Positions 1 to 11,677 of a stretch of 64,000 nucleotides of DNA are shown one piece after another. A program made the translations under genes and the position numbers. The notes below the pieces were generated by a model. That model was not told where the DNA came from. It searched no databases and was given only the letters and a program-made list of their open reading frames with translations. Source of the DNA: Pristiophorus japonicus (taxonomy: Eukaryota); NCBI RefSeq assembly GCF_044704955.1, contig NC_091995.1, positions 53,816,001 through 53,880,000 of the forward strand. The letters are read 5' to 3'. Positions within the stretch are counted from its first letter, which is position 1; every line of letters starts with the position of its first letter.

Positions 1-1338
1 CAGTCCTCAGGTTTGCTGCTTTTTCTGGCCAATTTATATGCCTCTTCCTTGGGTTTAACACTTTCCCCAATTTCCCTCGTTAGCCATGGTTGAGCCACTT
101 CCTTTTTTTATTCTTACACCACACAGGGATGTACAATTGTTGTAGGTCATCCATGTGATATTTAAATGTCTGCCATTGCCTATCCACCGTCAAACCTTTA
201 AGTATCATTCTCCAGTCTATCCTAGGCAATTCATGTCTCATACCGTCGAAGTTTCCTTTCTTTAAGTTCAGGACCTTTGTCTCTGAATTAACCGTGTCAC
301 TCTCCATCTTAATGAAGAATTCTACCATATTATGGTCACTCTTCCCCAAAGGGCCCCGCACGACCAAATTGCTAATTAATCCTCTCTCGTTACACAACAC
401 CCAGTTTAGGATGGCCTGCTCTCTAGTTGGTTCCTCAACATATTGGTCTAGAAAACCATCCCTTATACACTCCAGGAAATCCTTCTCCATGGCATTGCTA
501 CCAGTTTGGTTGGCCCAATCAATATGTAGATTAAAGTCAACCATGATAACTACTGTACCCTTATTGCACGCATCCATCATTTCCTGTTTGATGCCATCCC
601 CAACCTCCCTACTACTGTTTGGTGGTCTGTATACAACTCCCACTAACGTTTTCTGTCCTTTGGTGTTTCGCAGCTCTACCCATATAGATTTCACATCATC
701 CACGCTAATGTCCTTCCTTACTATTGCGTTAATCTCCTCTTTAACAAGTAACGCTACCCCACCTCGTTTTCCTTACTGCCTGTCCTTCCTGAATATTGAA
801 TACCCCTGGATGTTGAGTTCCCAGCCTTGGTTACCTTGGAGCGATGTCTCCGTAATCCCAATGACATCATATCCGTTAACAGCTATCTGCGCAGTCAATT
901 CATCCACCTTATTACGAATGCTCCTCGCATTGAGGCACAGAGCCTTCAGGCTTGTTTTTTTTAACACTCTTTGTCCTTTTAGAATTATGTTGTAATGTAG
1001 CTCTTTTTGATTTTTGCCCTTGATTTCTCTGTCCTCCACTCTTGCTTTTCTCCTTCCTACCTTTTGCTTTTTACTTCCCTCTGTCTCCCTGCATAGATTC
1101 CCATCCCCTTGACATTTTAGTTTAAACCCTCCCCAACAGCACGAACAAACACTCTGCCGAGGACATCGGTTCTGGTCCTGCCCAGGTGCAGGCCGTCCGG
1201 TTTGTACTGGTCCCACCTCCCCCAGAACCGGTTGCAATGTCCCAGGAATTTGAATCCCTCCCCCTTGCACCATTCCTCAAGCCATGTATTCATCTGAACT
1301 ATCCTGCAATTCCTACTCTGACTAGCACGTGGCACTGG
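1..1338 (-). mobile_element. CR1 LINE fragment (ORF1 esterase C-terminus + ORF2 APE endonuclease), degenerate
   Basis: ORFs 1117-1335 (FLGHCNRFWG..PDGLHL, SGNH-type ORF1 end), 773-1273 (LNARSIRNK..IGITET) and 80-703 (VGVVYRPP, DFNLHIDW, KSDHNMVEF) carry CR1 motifs; broken by frameshifts. Confidence 0.9.
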
Positions 1339-1339
1339 C

Positions 1340-1827
1340 TAGCAACGTGAATTCTCTACAGTACCTACCTTCTATAAGAGGTGATCTCCGCTGCAGCCAG
1401 AAATAAATCCAGCTTTCGTTTGAAGAAATTCAGTGAGTCTGCATCCGCCACATGAAACTGCAGCTTGTTCCAGAGGTCTACTATTCCCTGGGGAAAAAAC
1501 ACCACTTGACCTAGATTAATTCCATCTAACCTAGATTAATTCCAAGTCTAAAGCTTCTTAGTTATCAAGAAAGGCTAAAAGAGTTGTGACTTATACCTTG
1601 GAGCAGCTCTATACAACTAGCCCCATACAACTTAAATGTGTGACCCCTGGTCCTGCCTAACCTATTTAATTGAAGTAAAATGTCAGCTGGAACACTGTCG
1701 ATTCCCTTCATTATCTTATAAACCTCAACCAAATCCCCCTAAGACTACGATGCTCTAAGGTATAGAGTTCCAACTATGCCTTGATAACTAAGATGCTTTA
1801 GACTTGGAATTAGTCTAGTGGCCCTCT
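1340..1827 (-). mobile_element. Old CR1-like 3' fragment; continues at 4585-5130 after a younger CR1 insertion
   Basis: CR1-type 3' sequence; bases 1725-1827 are repeated at 4585-4696 on the other side of the younger insertion. Confidence 0.6.
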
Positions 1828-4584
1828 AGTGACCAAGGCTGGGAACTCAACATCCAGGGGTATTCAGCATTTCGGAAGGATAGACAGAAAGGAAAAGGAG
1901 GCGGGGTGGCGTTGCTGGTTAAAGAGTAAATCAATGCAATCGTAAGGAAGGATGATGTGGAATCAGTATGGGTGGAGCTGCGGAATTCCAAAGGGCAGAA
2001 AACGCTAGTGGGTGTTGTGTACAGACCACTAAACAGTAATAATGAGGATGGGGACAGCATCAAACAAGAAATAAGGGATGTGTGCAATAAAGGTACAGCA
2101 GTTGTCATGGGTGACTTTAATCTACATATAGATTGGGCTAACCTAACTGGTAGCAATGCGGTGGAGGAGGATTTCCTGGAGTGTATTAGGGATGGTTTTC
2201 TAGACAAATATGTCGAGGAACCAACCAGGGAGCTGGCCATCTTCGACTGGGTGATGTGTAATGAGAAGGGTCCAATTAGCAATCTTGTTGTGCGAGGCCC
2301 TTTGCAGAAAAGTGACCATAACATGGTAGAATTCCTTATTAAGATGGAGAGTGATAAAGTTAATTTGGAAACTAGGGTCCTGAACTTAAGGAAAGGTAAC
2401 TTCGACGGTATAAGGTGTGAATTGGCGAGAATAGACTGGCAGAGGATACTTAAAGGGTTGACGGTGGATAAACATTTAAAGATCACATGGATGAACTTCA
2501 GCAATTGTACATCCATGTCTGGAGTAAAAATAAAACTGGGAAGGTGGCTCAACCGTGGCTAACAACGGAAATTAAGGATCGTGTTAAAACCAAGGAAGAG
2601 GCATATAAATTGGCTAGAAAAAGCAACAAACCTGAGGACTGGGAGAAATTTAGAATTCAACAGAGGAGACTAAGGGTTTAATTAAGAAGGGGAAAATAGA
2701 GTACGAGAGGAAGCTTGCAGGGAACATAAAAACTGACTGCAAAAGCTTCTATAAATATGTGAAGAGAAAAAGATTAGTAAAGACAAATGTAGGTCCCTTG
2801 CAGTCGGATTCAAGTGAATTTATAATGGCGAGAAAAGAAATGGCAGACCAATTGAACCAATACTTTGGTTCTGTCTTCACAAAGGAAGATACAAATAACC
2901 TTCCGAATGTACTAGGGGACAGTGGGTCTAGTGAGAGTGAGGAACTGAAAGATATCATTATTTGGTAGAAAATTGGGTTAGGGAAATTGATGGGATTAAA
3001 GACCGATAAATCCCCGGGTCCTGATAGTCTGCATCCCAGAGTACTTAAGGAAGTGGCCCTAGAAATAGTGGATGCATTGGTGATCATTTTCCAACAATCT
3101 ATCGACTCTGGATCAGTTCCTATGGACTGGAGGGTAGCTAATGTAACGGCACTTTTTAAAAAAGGAGGGAGAGAGAAAGCGGGTAATTATAGACCGGTTA
3201 GCCTGACATCAGTAGTGGGGAAAATGTTGGAATCAATCATTAAGGATGAAATAGCAGCCCATTTGGAAAGCAGTGACAGGATCAGACCGAGTCAGCATGG
3301 ATTTATGAAAGGGAAATCATGCTTGACGAATCTTTTGGAATTTTTTGAGGATGTAACTAGCAGAGTGGACAAGGGAGAACCAGTGGATGTGTATTTGGAC
3401 TTTCAAAAGGCTTTTGACAAGGTCCCGCACAAGAGATTGGTGTACAAAATCAAAGGGTATGGTATTGGGGGTAATGTACTGGCGTGGATGGAGAACTGGT
3501 TGGCAGACAGGAAGCAGAGTCGGGATAAACGGGTTCTTTTCAGAATGGCAGGCAGTGACTAGTGGAGTGCCGCAGGGCTCAGTGCTGGGACCCCAGCTCT
3601 TTACAATATACATTAACAATTTAGATGAAGGAATTGAGTGTAATATTTCCAAGTTTGCGGATGACACTAAACTGGGTGGCGGTGTGAGCTGTGAGGAGGC
3701 GCTAAGAGGCTGCAGGGTGATTTGGACAGGTTAGGTGAGTGGGCCGATACATGGCAGATGCAGTATAATGTGGATAAATGTGAGGTTATCCATTTTGGGG
3801 GCAAAAACATGAAGGTAGAATATTATCTGAACAGCGGCAGACTAGAAAAAGGGGAGGTGCAACGAGATCTGGGTGTCATGGTTTATCAGTCACTGAAAGT
3901 GGGCATACAGGTACAGCAGGCGGTAAAAAAGGCAAATGGTATGTTGGCCTTCATAGCTAGGGGATTTGAGTATAGGAGCAGGGAGTTCTTACTGCAGTTG
4001 TACAGGGCCTTAGTGAGGCCTCACCTGGAATATTGTGTTCAGTTTTGGTCTCCTAGTCTGAGGAAGGATGTTCTTGCTCTTGAGGGAGTCCAGCGAAGGT
4101 TCACCAGATTGATTCCAGGGATGGCTGGGCTGTCATATGAGGAGAGACTGGATCAACTGGGCCTTCATTCACTGGCGTTGAGAAGAATTAGAGGGGACCT
4201 CATAGAAACATATAAGATTCTGACTGGACTGGACAGGTTAGATGCGAGAAGAATGTTCCCGATGTTGGGGAAGTCCAGAACCAGGGGGCATAGTCTTAGG
4301 ATAAGGGGTAGGCCATTTAGGACTGAGATGAGGAGAAACTTCTTCACTCAGAGAGTTATTGACCTGTGGAATTCCCTGCCACGGAGAGTTGTTGATGCCA
4401 GTTCATTGGATATATTCAAAAGGGAGTTAGAGATGGCCCTTACGGCTAAGGGGATCAAGGGGTATGGAGAGAAAGCAGGAAAGGGGTCCTGAGGGAATGA
4501 TCAGCCATGATCTTATCGAATGGTGGTGCAGACTCGAAGGGCCGAATGGCCTACTCCTGCACCTATTTTCTATCTTTCTATGTT
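1828..4584 (+). mobile_element. 5'-truncated CR1 LINE (ORF2 endonuclease + RT, frameshifted) with 3' tail
   Basis: ORFs 1957-4492 give [56 protein letters not shown] and YCVQFWSP; ends in a (TTTCTATG)-type tail near 4584. Confidence 0.95.
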
Positions 4585-5130
4585 TCAACCAAATCCCCCT
4601 AAGACTACGCTGCTCTAAGGTATCGAGTCCCAACTCTTTTTAGCCCATCTTGATAACTAAGATACTTTAGACTTGGAATTAGTCGAATGGCCCTCTTCTG
4701 CACCCTTTCCAGAGTATCAATATCATCCACCATGGACACAGTATTCCAAGTGCAGCCTGACTAAGGTCTTGTACAAGGACAAAACGTCTTATACTCAATT
4801 GTCCTATGGCTACACCCCAACATCCTATTTGCTCTAGCTATCGCTGCACAGCATTGCTCATGTACCTTTAAGGATGTATGCAATAGAATGCCCAAATCTC
4901 TTTCTATCTCCAGCATCTTTAATACCTTTTCCCTGGAGGGTGAATGAGTGTTGAGTATTTGCCCTGCCCACATGCATAACACTGCACTTATCTAAGTTAT
5001 ACATCATTTTCCAGTTTCGAGCCCAATCTCCCAACACATTAAGATCTGCCTGAAGCAGACCAGCATCTTCTACAGTTCTAACACTCACATAGATCTTGGC
5101 TTCATCTGCAAATTTACAAATTGTGCCCCC
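4585..5130 (-). mobile_element. Old CR1-like RT fragment
   Basis: ICKFADEAKIY..LQADLNVLGDWARNWKMMYNLDKCSVMH and ERDLGILLH motifs. Confidence 0.75.
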
Positions 5131-6822
5131 AACAGAGAAGCAGTCAGTGCCTGCTGGAAGGAGCACTTCGAAGATCTCCTTAACCGAGACTCTGTCTTCG
5201 ACGTGAGTGTCCTTGACTCCATCCCGCAGCATGCTACCCGCCATCATCTCAGCACAATCCCAGCCCAGCATGGGGTAGAAAAGGCCATCCGCCAGCTGAA
5301 AAACAAGGCATCAGGAGCAGATTGAATCCCACCGAAGCACCAAAACATGGTGGAGAATACATGATCTAATTTATCTCTCTGGAAGGAGGAGAGCATGCCA
5401 GGGGATCTCAGAGATGCTGTAATAGTGACCAGCTTAACGAAAGGCGACAAGTCCGATTACGGTAATTACAGAGGAGTTTCCTTGCTGTCTGCCACAGGGA
5501 CGGTCTTCGAAAGAATCTTCAATGGCCTTCTCTCTGAGCCTGAAGAGCTCCTCCCCGAGCCACAATGCGGATTCCACCCACTAAGGGGCACAATGGACAT
5601 GATGTTCACCGCGCAGCAAATCCAAGAGAAATGCAGGGAACAGCACCAACCCCTGTACATGGCCTTCTTTGACCTCACAAAAGCCTTCAACACTGTCAAC
5701 CATGAGGGATTATGGAGCATCCTCCCTAAATTTGCCTGTCCTCAAAAGTTTGTCACCATTCTTCGCCTGCTTCACGATGACATGCAAGCCGTGATCCAGA
5801 CCAACGGATCCACCACAGACCCAATTCACGTTTGGACCAGGGTCATGCAAGGCTGCGTCATCGCACAAACGCTCTTCCCAGTCTGCCTTGCTGCAATGCT
5901 CCATCTCACCCTCAGTAAGCTCCCCGCTGGACTGGAGCTAATCTACAGACCAAACGGGAAACTGTTCAACCTCAGCCGTTTTCAGGCCAGATCCAAGGTC
6001 ATTGAATTACATTATGCAGACTGCGTACAATTGGAGGCCGAATGCCAAGCCACCTTCAACATCCTCACCGAAGCCTATGAGAGCATGGGCCTTACACTCA
6101 ACATCCATAAGACAAAGGTCCTCTACCAACCTGCCCCCTGATTATCAAAATCCATGACGTGCCTTGGACAATGTGGACCATTTTCCATACCTCATGGTCT
6201 ACAGAGCAGTGATGATACCCGCCCAGACATGGGTTATGTACAGCAGGCTTCTCAAAACCCTGGAGAAGTACCATCAATGCTGCTCCCACAAGATCCTGCA
6301 AATCCATTGGCTGGATAAGTGCACCAACGTCAGTGTTCTCGCTCAGGCCAACATCGAAGTATAGAACCGCTCTATCAGCTCTGCTGGACAGGCCACATCA
6401 TCCACATGCCTGATATGAGACTCCCAAAACAAGCGCTCTACTTGGAGCTTCGACATGGCAAGTGAACCCCAGGTGGGCAGAAGAAACGATTCAAGGATAC
6501 CTTCAAAGCCTCCTTGAAAAAGTGCAACATTCCCACCGACACATGGGAATCCCTGGCTCATGATCGCTCAAAATGGAGGAAAAACATTCGGAGAAACGTC
6601 AAACACTTTGAGTCTCTTCGCCGGGAGCAAGCTGAAGCCAAGTGTAGAGAGCGGAAGGAGCGCACAGCAACCCAAGCGCCCCACCCACCCATTCCTTCAA
6701 TCACCGTCTGTCCCACCTGTGACAGAGAGTGTAGGTCCCACATTGGACTCATTAGTCACCTGAGAACTCATTGTTAGTGTAGAAGCAAGTCATCCTCGAC
6801 TCCGAGGGACTGCCGAAGAAGA
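5131..6822 (+). mobile_element. 5'-truncated RTE-clade LINE (RT + C-terminal C2H2 finger), degenerate
   Basis: GNYRGVSLLS, QCGF, FFDLTKAFNTV, QGCVIA, ELHYAD; C-terminal CPTCDRECRSHIGLISHLRTH; 3' end GAAGCAAGTCATCCTCGACTCCGAGGGACTGCC. Confidence 0.9.
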
Positions 6823-7034
6823 TTATTGTGTTCCTAACACAGATGAGGCTACAACAGGGAGATTAAAGTAACAGTGACCTCAGTCTTTAATAAGACACTC
6901 CAGAGTGAGGAACAGGCCTTAGGGGCCGGCTTTTTTGCCAGTGCTCCCAAGGGATGCTGGGATCCCTTGGGACTTCAGGGGATGAGCTCCCTGGTGGCGG
7001 AACATGGGAGTGCATGCTTTACAGATACACAACA
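6823..7034 (-). repeat. 3' LTR of the Gypsy element
   Basis: Direct repeat of 11466-11677; adjacent polypurine tract (minus strand GGTGGGGGGAATGA) at ~7035-7048. Confidence 0.9.
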
Positions 7035-8247
7035 TCATTCCCCCCACCAAAGTCAAAGTGAAAACTATTTACAAGGTGAGGCGGTCGGGAGCCTTTCTTT
7101 CCCTGGTGGACCGCCTCAGTACAAGTGTCTGTTCTGGTGTGTTGGGCTGTGCCCTCGTTGGGCTGGCGTGTTGTTGTCCCTGCAGGGCTGCTGGGTGAGC
7201 CTAGCCTTGCTGGGCTGTTGGGCGTGATGGGTTCGATTTCCTGGTCTGGCATGGTGTCGTTGATCCTTTGGGTGTGTGTTGTGGGCTCGTAAAAGGTGGT
7301 GTCTGCTGTGGGTTGTTCAGGGCGGTCTGTGAACCGCAGCCTCGTTTGGTCCAGGTGCTTTCTGCAAATTTGTCCATTGTCTAGTTTGACTACAAACACC
7401 CTACTCCCTTCTTTAGCTATCACCGTGCCCGCGATCCACTTGGGACCATGTCCATAGTTTAGCACATACACAGGGTGATTCAGATCAATTTCCCGTGACA
7501 CAGTGACGCGACCATCATTTACATTTTGTTGCTGCCGCCTGCTCGCTACCTGATCATGCAGGTTGGGGTGAACCAGCGAGAGGCTGGTTGTAAGTGTCCT
7601 TTTCGTGAGTAGCTCAGCCGGGGGCACCCCTGTGAGCGAGTGGGGTCTCGTGCGGTAACTGAGCAGTACTCGGGACAGGCGGGTTTGGAGTGAGCCTTCT
7701 GTGACTCATTTAAGGCTCTGTTTGATGGTTTGTACTCCCCGCTCTGCCTGCCCATTGGAGGCTGGTTTAAATGGGGTCGAGGTGACATGTTTGCTCCCAT
7801 TGCGGGTCATGAATTGTTTAAATTCGGCACTGGTGAAACATAGCCCGTTGTCACTGACCAGTCTGTCAGGCAGGCCGTGGATGGCAAACATGGCCCTCAG
7901 GCTTTCAATGGTGGTGGTTGCGGTGCTTCCTGACATTATTTCACATTCAATCCATTTTGAGAAAGTATCCACCACCACCAGGAACATTTTACCGAGAAAC
8001 GGGTCCGCATAGTCGACATGCATCCTCGACCATGGTCTGCAGGGCCAGGACCACAAACTTAGTGATGTCTCTGTGGGCGCATTGCTCAACTGAGCAAATA
8101 CGCTGCATTGCCGTACACAGGACTCTAAGTCAGAGTCGATACCGGGCCACCACACGTTGGATCTGGCTATCGCTTTCATCATTACTATACCCGGGTGTGT
8201 GCTGTGGAGATCCGAGATGAACATCTCCCTGCCCTTTTTTGGTAGCA

Positions 8248-8512
8248 TAGAAACATAGAAACATAGAAAATAGGTGCAGGAGTAGGCCATTCGGCCCTTC
8301 GAGCCTGCACCATCATTCAATGAGTTTATGGCTGAACATGCAACTTCAGTACCCCATTCCTGCTTTCTTGCCATACCCCTTGATCCCCCTAGTAGTAAGG
8401 ACTACATCCAACTCCTTTTTTAATATATTTAGTGAATTGGCCTCAACAACTTTTTGTGCTAGAGAATTCCACAGGCTTACCACTCTCTAGGTGAAGAAGT
8501 TTCTCCTCATCG
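8248..8512 (-). mobile_element. CR1 3'-end fragment inserted in Gypsy pol
   Basis: (TAGAAACA)n tail; 8-bp TSD TGGTAGCA at 8240-8247 and 8513-8520. Confidence 0.9.
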
Positions 8513-11451
8513 TGGTAGCACTACGCGGTTACCCCACAACAGGCAGTCTGCCTGAATGGACAGCTCGTCCTTTCGCCGCTGGAACGGCTTGATTGGCTCT
8601 TGCATTTCAACGGGGATGTTGGCCCAGCTCCCATGCACTCAGTTTTTTACTAGGGACAGCAGAGGATCTTGGCTGGTCCAAGTCCTAATCTGGCAGGCCG
8701 TGACAGGTGATTTATCATTTTCAAACGCTTCCATGACCATCAACAAGTCTGCGGGATGCGCCACCATCAACAAGTTTGCAGGCTGCGCCATTTCCACCCC
8801 CGTGGTGGGCAATGGTAGCCGACTGAGAGCATCCGCACAGTTCTCAGTGCCTGGTCTGTGGTGGATGGTATAGTTATATGCTGATAGCGCGAGTGCCTAC
8901 CTTTGTATGCGGGCTGAGGCATTAGTATTTATCCCCTTGTTTTCAGCGAACAGGGATATGAGGGGCTTGTGATCGGTTTCCAGCTCAAATTTGAGGCCAA
9001 ATAGTGACTGAAGCATTTTCTTTACCCCGAACACCCACGCTAATGCCTCTTTCTCAATCATGCTGTTGGCCCTCTCGGCCTTAGACAAACTCCTGAAGGT
9101 TGCAACTTCACTGCAACGTTAGCTTGTTCTAATCCGCACCCGACACCGCACGACAACGCGTCACATGCTAGCACAAGTCTTTTATACAGGTTATAAAATA
9201 CAAGCATCTTGTTGGAGCATAAAATGTTTCTAGCTTTCTCAAAAGCAATTACTTGTTTTTTTTCCCCATACCCAGTTCTCACCTTTGTGCAATAACACAT
9301 GTTGGGGCTCTAAAAGAGTGCTTAACCCCGGTAGAAAGTTACCAAAATAGTTGAGGAGTCCCAGGAACGACACAGCTCCGTGACGTTCTGTGGCCTGCGT
9401 GCTTTCCTGATGGCCTCTATCTTGGCGTGTGTGGGCTGAATGCCGTCCGCCACAATCTTTCTCCCAAAAACTCCACTTCTGTTGCCATGAAGATGCATTT
9501 CGACCTCTTCAACCGCAGCCCTAGGCGATCCAGTCGCTGGAGGACCTCCTCCAGGTTTTGTAGGTGCTCGGCGGTGTCCCGACCCGTGACCAATATGTCG
9601 TCCTGAAAGACCACCGTGCGTGGTACCGACTTGAGTAGGCTCTCCATGTTTCTCTGGAAGATCGCTGCAGCCGACCGAATTCCAAACGGGCATCTGTTGT
9701 AGGTGAACAGTCCCTTGTGCGTGTTGATGCAGGTGAGGCCGTTCAAAGACTCCTCCAGCTCCTGCGTCATGTAGGCCGAAGTCAGGTAGAGCTTGGTAAA
9801 CGTCTTGCCTCCTGCCAGCGTCGCAAATAGGTCGTCTGCCTTAGGTATTGGTCCTGTAGCAAGAAACGATTAATAGTTACTTTATAATCGCCGCAAATCC
9901 GGACCGTGCCATCACTTTTGAGTACTGGAACAATCGGGCTAGCCCACTCACTGAATTCCACTGGGGAGATGATGCCCTCGCGTTGTAGCCTATCCAGCTC
10001 GATTTCCACTCTCTCCCTCATCATGTGAGGTACCGCTCGCGCCTTGTGGTGAATGGGTCGTGCCTCTGGGACCAAGTGGATCCGCACCTTCGCCCCGGAA
10101 AAGTTTCCAATGCCTGGCTCAAAAAGGGAAGGAAATTTGTTAAGAACCTGGGTACATGAGGCCTCATCGACATGTGATAGCGCTCGGATGTCATCCCAGT
10201 TCCAGCAGATTTTGCCCAGCCAGCTCCTTCCAAGCAGTGTGGGACCATCGCCCAGGACAATCCAGAGTGGCAGTTCGTGCATCGTGCCCTCATAGGTGAC
10301 CTTGACCATGGCACTGCCCAGCACAGTAATGAGCTCTTTGGTGTACGTTCTCAGTTTCTTATGGATGGGGCTCAGGGCTCATCTGAGTGCCTTGTTGCAC
10401 CACAGTCTCTCAAACATCTTTTTACTCATGATGGATTGGTTAGCGCCAGTGTCCAGTTCTATAGCTACGGGTAAGCCATTCAATTTTACATTTAGCATTA
10501 TAGGTGGACATTTCGTCGAAAATGTGTGCACCCCGTGTACTTCAGCATCTGCCTCCTCTCTCTGAGGCTCGAAATTGCTTTGATCTACTATGGACCGACC
10601 TTCCTCTGCCACGTGGTGGTTAGCAGGTTTTGCAGAGCTTGCAGCTTGTTTGCAAGCTCGTTGGAGGTGCCCCATTGTTCCACAGCTCTTGCAAACATAC
10701 CCTTTGAAGCGGCATGAATAGGCTGAATGGAAGCCTCCACAACAAGATGTGAATTGCCTTGCAATCATCCTTTGTTGAGGATTCTGAGTCATCTGGGTCA
10801 CCTGAGACCTCTGGCAGTTGCAGACTCGTGGGTTCTGCCCTGTACATTTCTGCTCGCAAACACAGTTCCAGTTAATTTATGAACATTGCTAGCAGTTGTG
10901 TGCTGAGAGATTTGTTTGGTGTTATCACTGGTGGACATAAGCGCCAGTGCTATCGCAATGGCCTTACTGAGGGTCAGTTCTCTACAGTCAAAAGTTTTCG
11001 TAGGATGGTCTCGTGGCCAATTCCCAGTACAAAAAGCCTCTGCGCATTTGCTCCAGGTAGCCATCAAACTCACATTGTCCTGCAAGTCGCCTTAGCTTGG
11101 CGATGTAGCTTGCCACTTCCTGACCTTCAGATCGCTGGCACGTGTAGAACCGATACCTCGCCATCGGCACGCCCTCCCTCGGGTTAAGATGCTCCCAAAC
11201 CAGTGTACACAGCTCCTCATACAATTTATCTGTGGATTTCACCGGAGCCAGAAGATTCTTCATGAGGCTGTAGGTCAGTGCCCCGCAGACTGTGAGGAGG
11301 ACCGCTCTCCCTTTTGCAGCGCTTCCTTCTCCATCCAGCTCATTGGCTACAAAGTACTGGTCTAGAAGGTTGACATAGGCTTCCCAGTCCTCACCCTCCG
11401 AGAACTTCTCCAGGATGCCCACAGTTTGCTGCATCTTTGCGTTGGATTCGT

Positions 11452-11464
11452 ATTCTCGTCGCCA
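11452..11464 (-). other. Primer-binding site, tRNA-Ser(GCU)-like
   Basis: Minus-strand TGGCGACGAGAAT directly after the 5' LTR, complementary to the ...CUCGUCGCCA 3' end of tRNA-Ser(GCU). Confidence 0.7.
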
Positions 11465-11465
11465 G

Positions 11466-11677
11466 TTATTGTGTTCCGAATACAGATGAGGCTGCACACA
11501 GGGAGCTTAAAGTAACAGTGACCACCGTCTTTATTAAGACACTCCAGAGTGAGGAACAGGCCTTAGGGGCCGGCTTATATACAGTGCTCCCAAGGGATGT
11601 TGGGATCCCTTGGGACTTCAGGGGATGAGCTCTCTGGTGGCGGAACATGGGAATGCATGCTTTGCAGATGCACAACA
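11466..11677 (-). repeat. 5' LTR of the Gypsy element
   Basis: Begins TGTTGTG on the minus strand; contains TATATAAG and AATAAA; followed by the PBS. Confidence 0.9.

Larger units (their letters stand above)
6823..11677 (-). mobile_element. Gypsy/Ty3 LTR retrotransposon (Mag-like), full-length but decayed
   Basis: Two ~212-bp LTRs; gag (EKFSEGEDWEAY, CKSCGTMGHLQRAC), protease ELDTGA, RT (WASPIV, CPFGIRSAAAIFQ, FQDD), RNase H (LACDA, ETDHKPL), integrase (HPGIV..C..C, HVDYA, SDNG, SNGQAER). Confidence 0.95.

Noticed and set aside
294-2552. Antisense ORFs over CR1 endonuclease regions (294-995, 1815-2552)
   Set aside because: Shadow frames of CR1 ORF2 with no independent coding evidence
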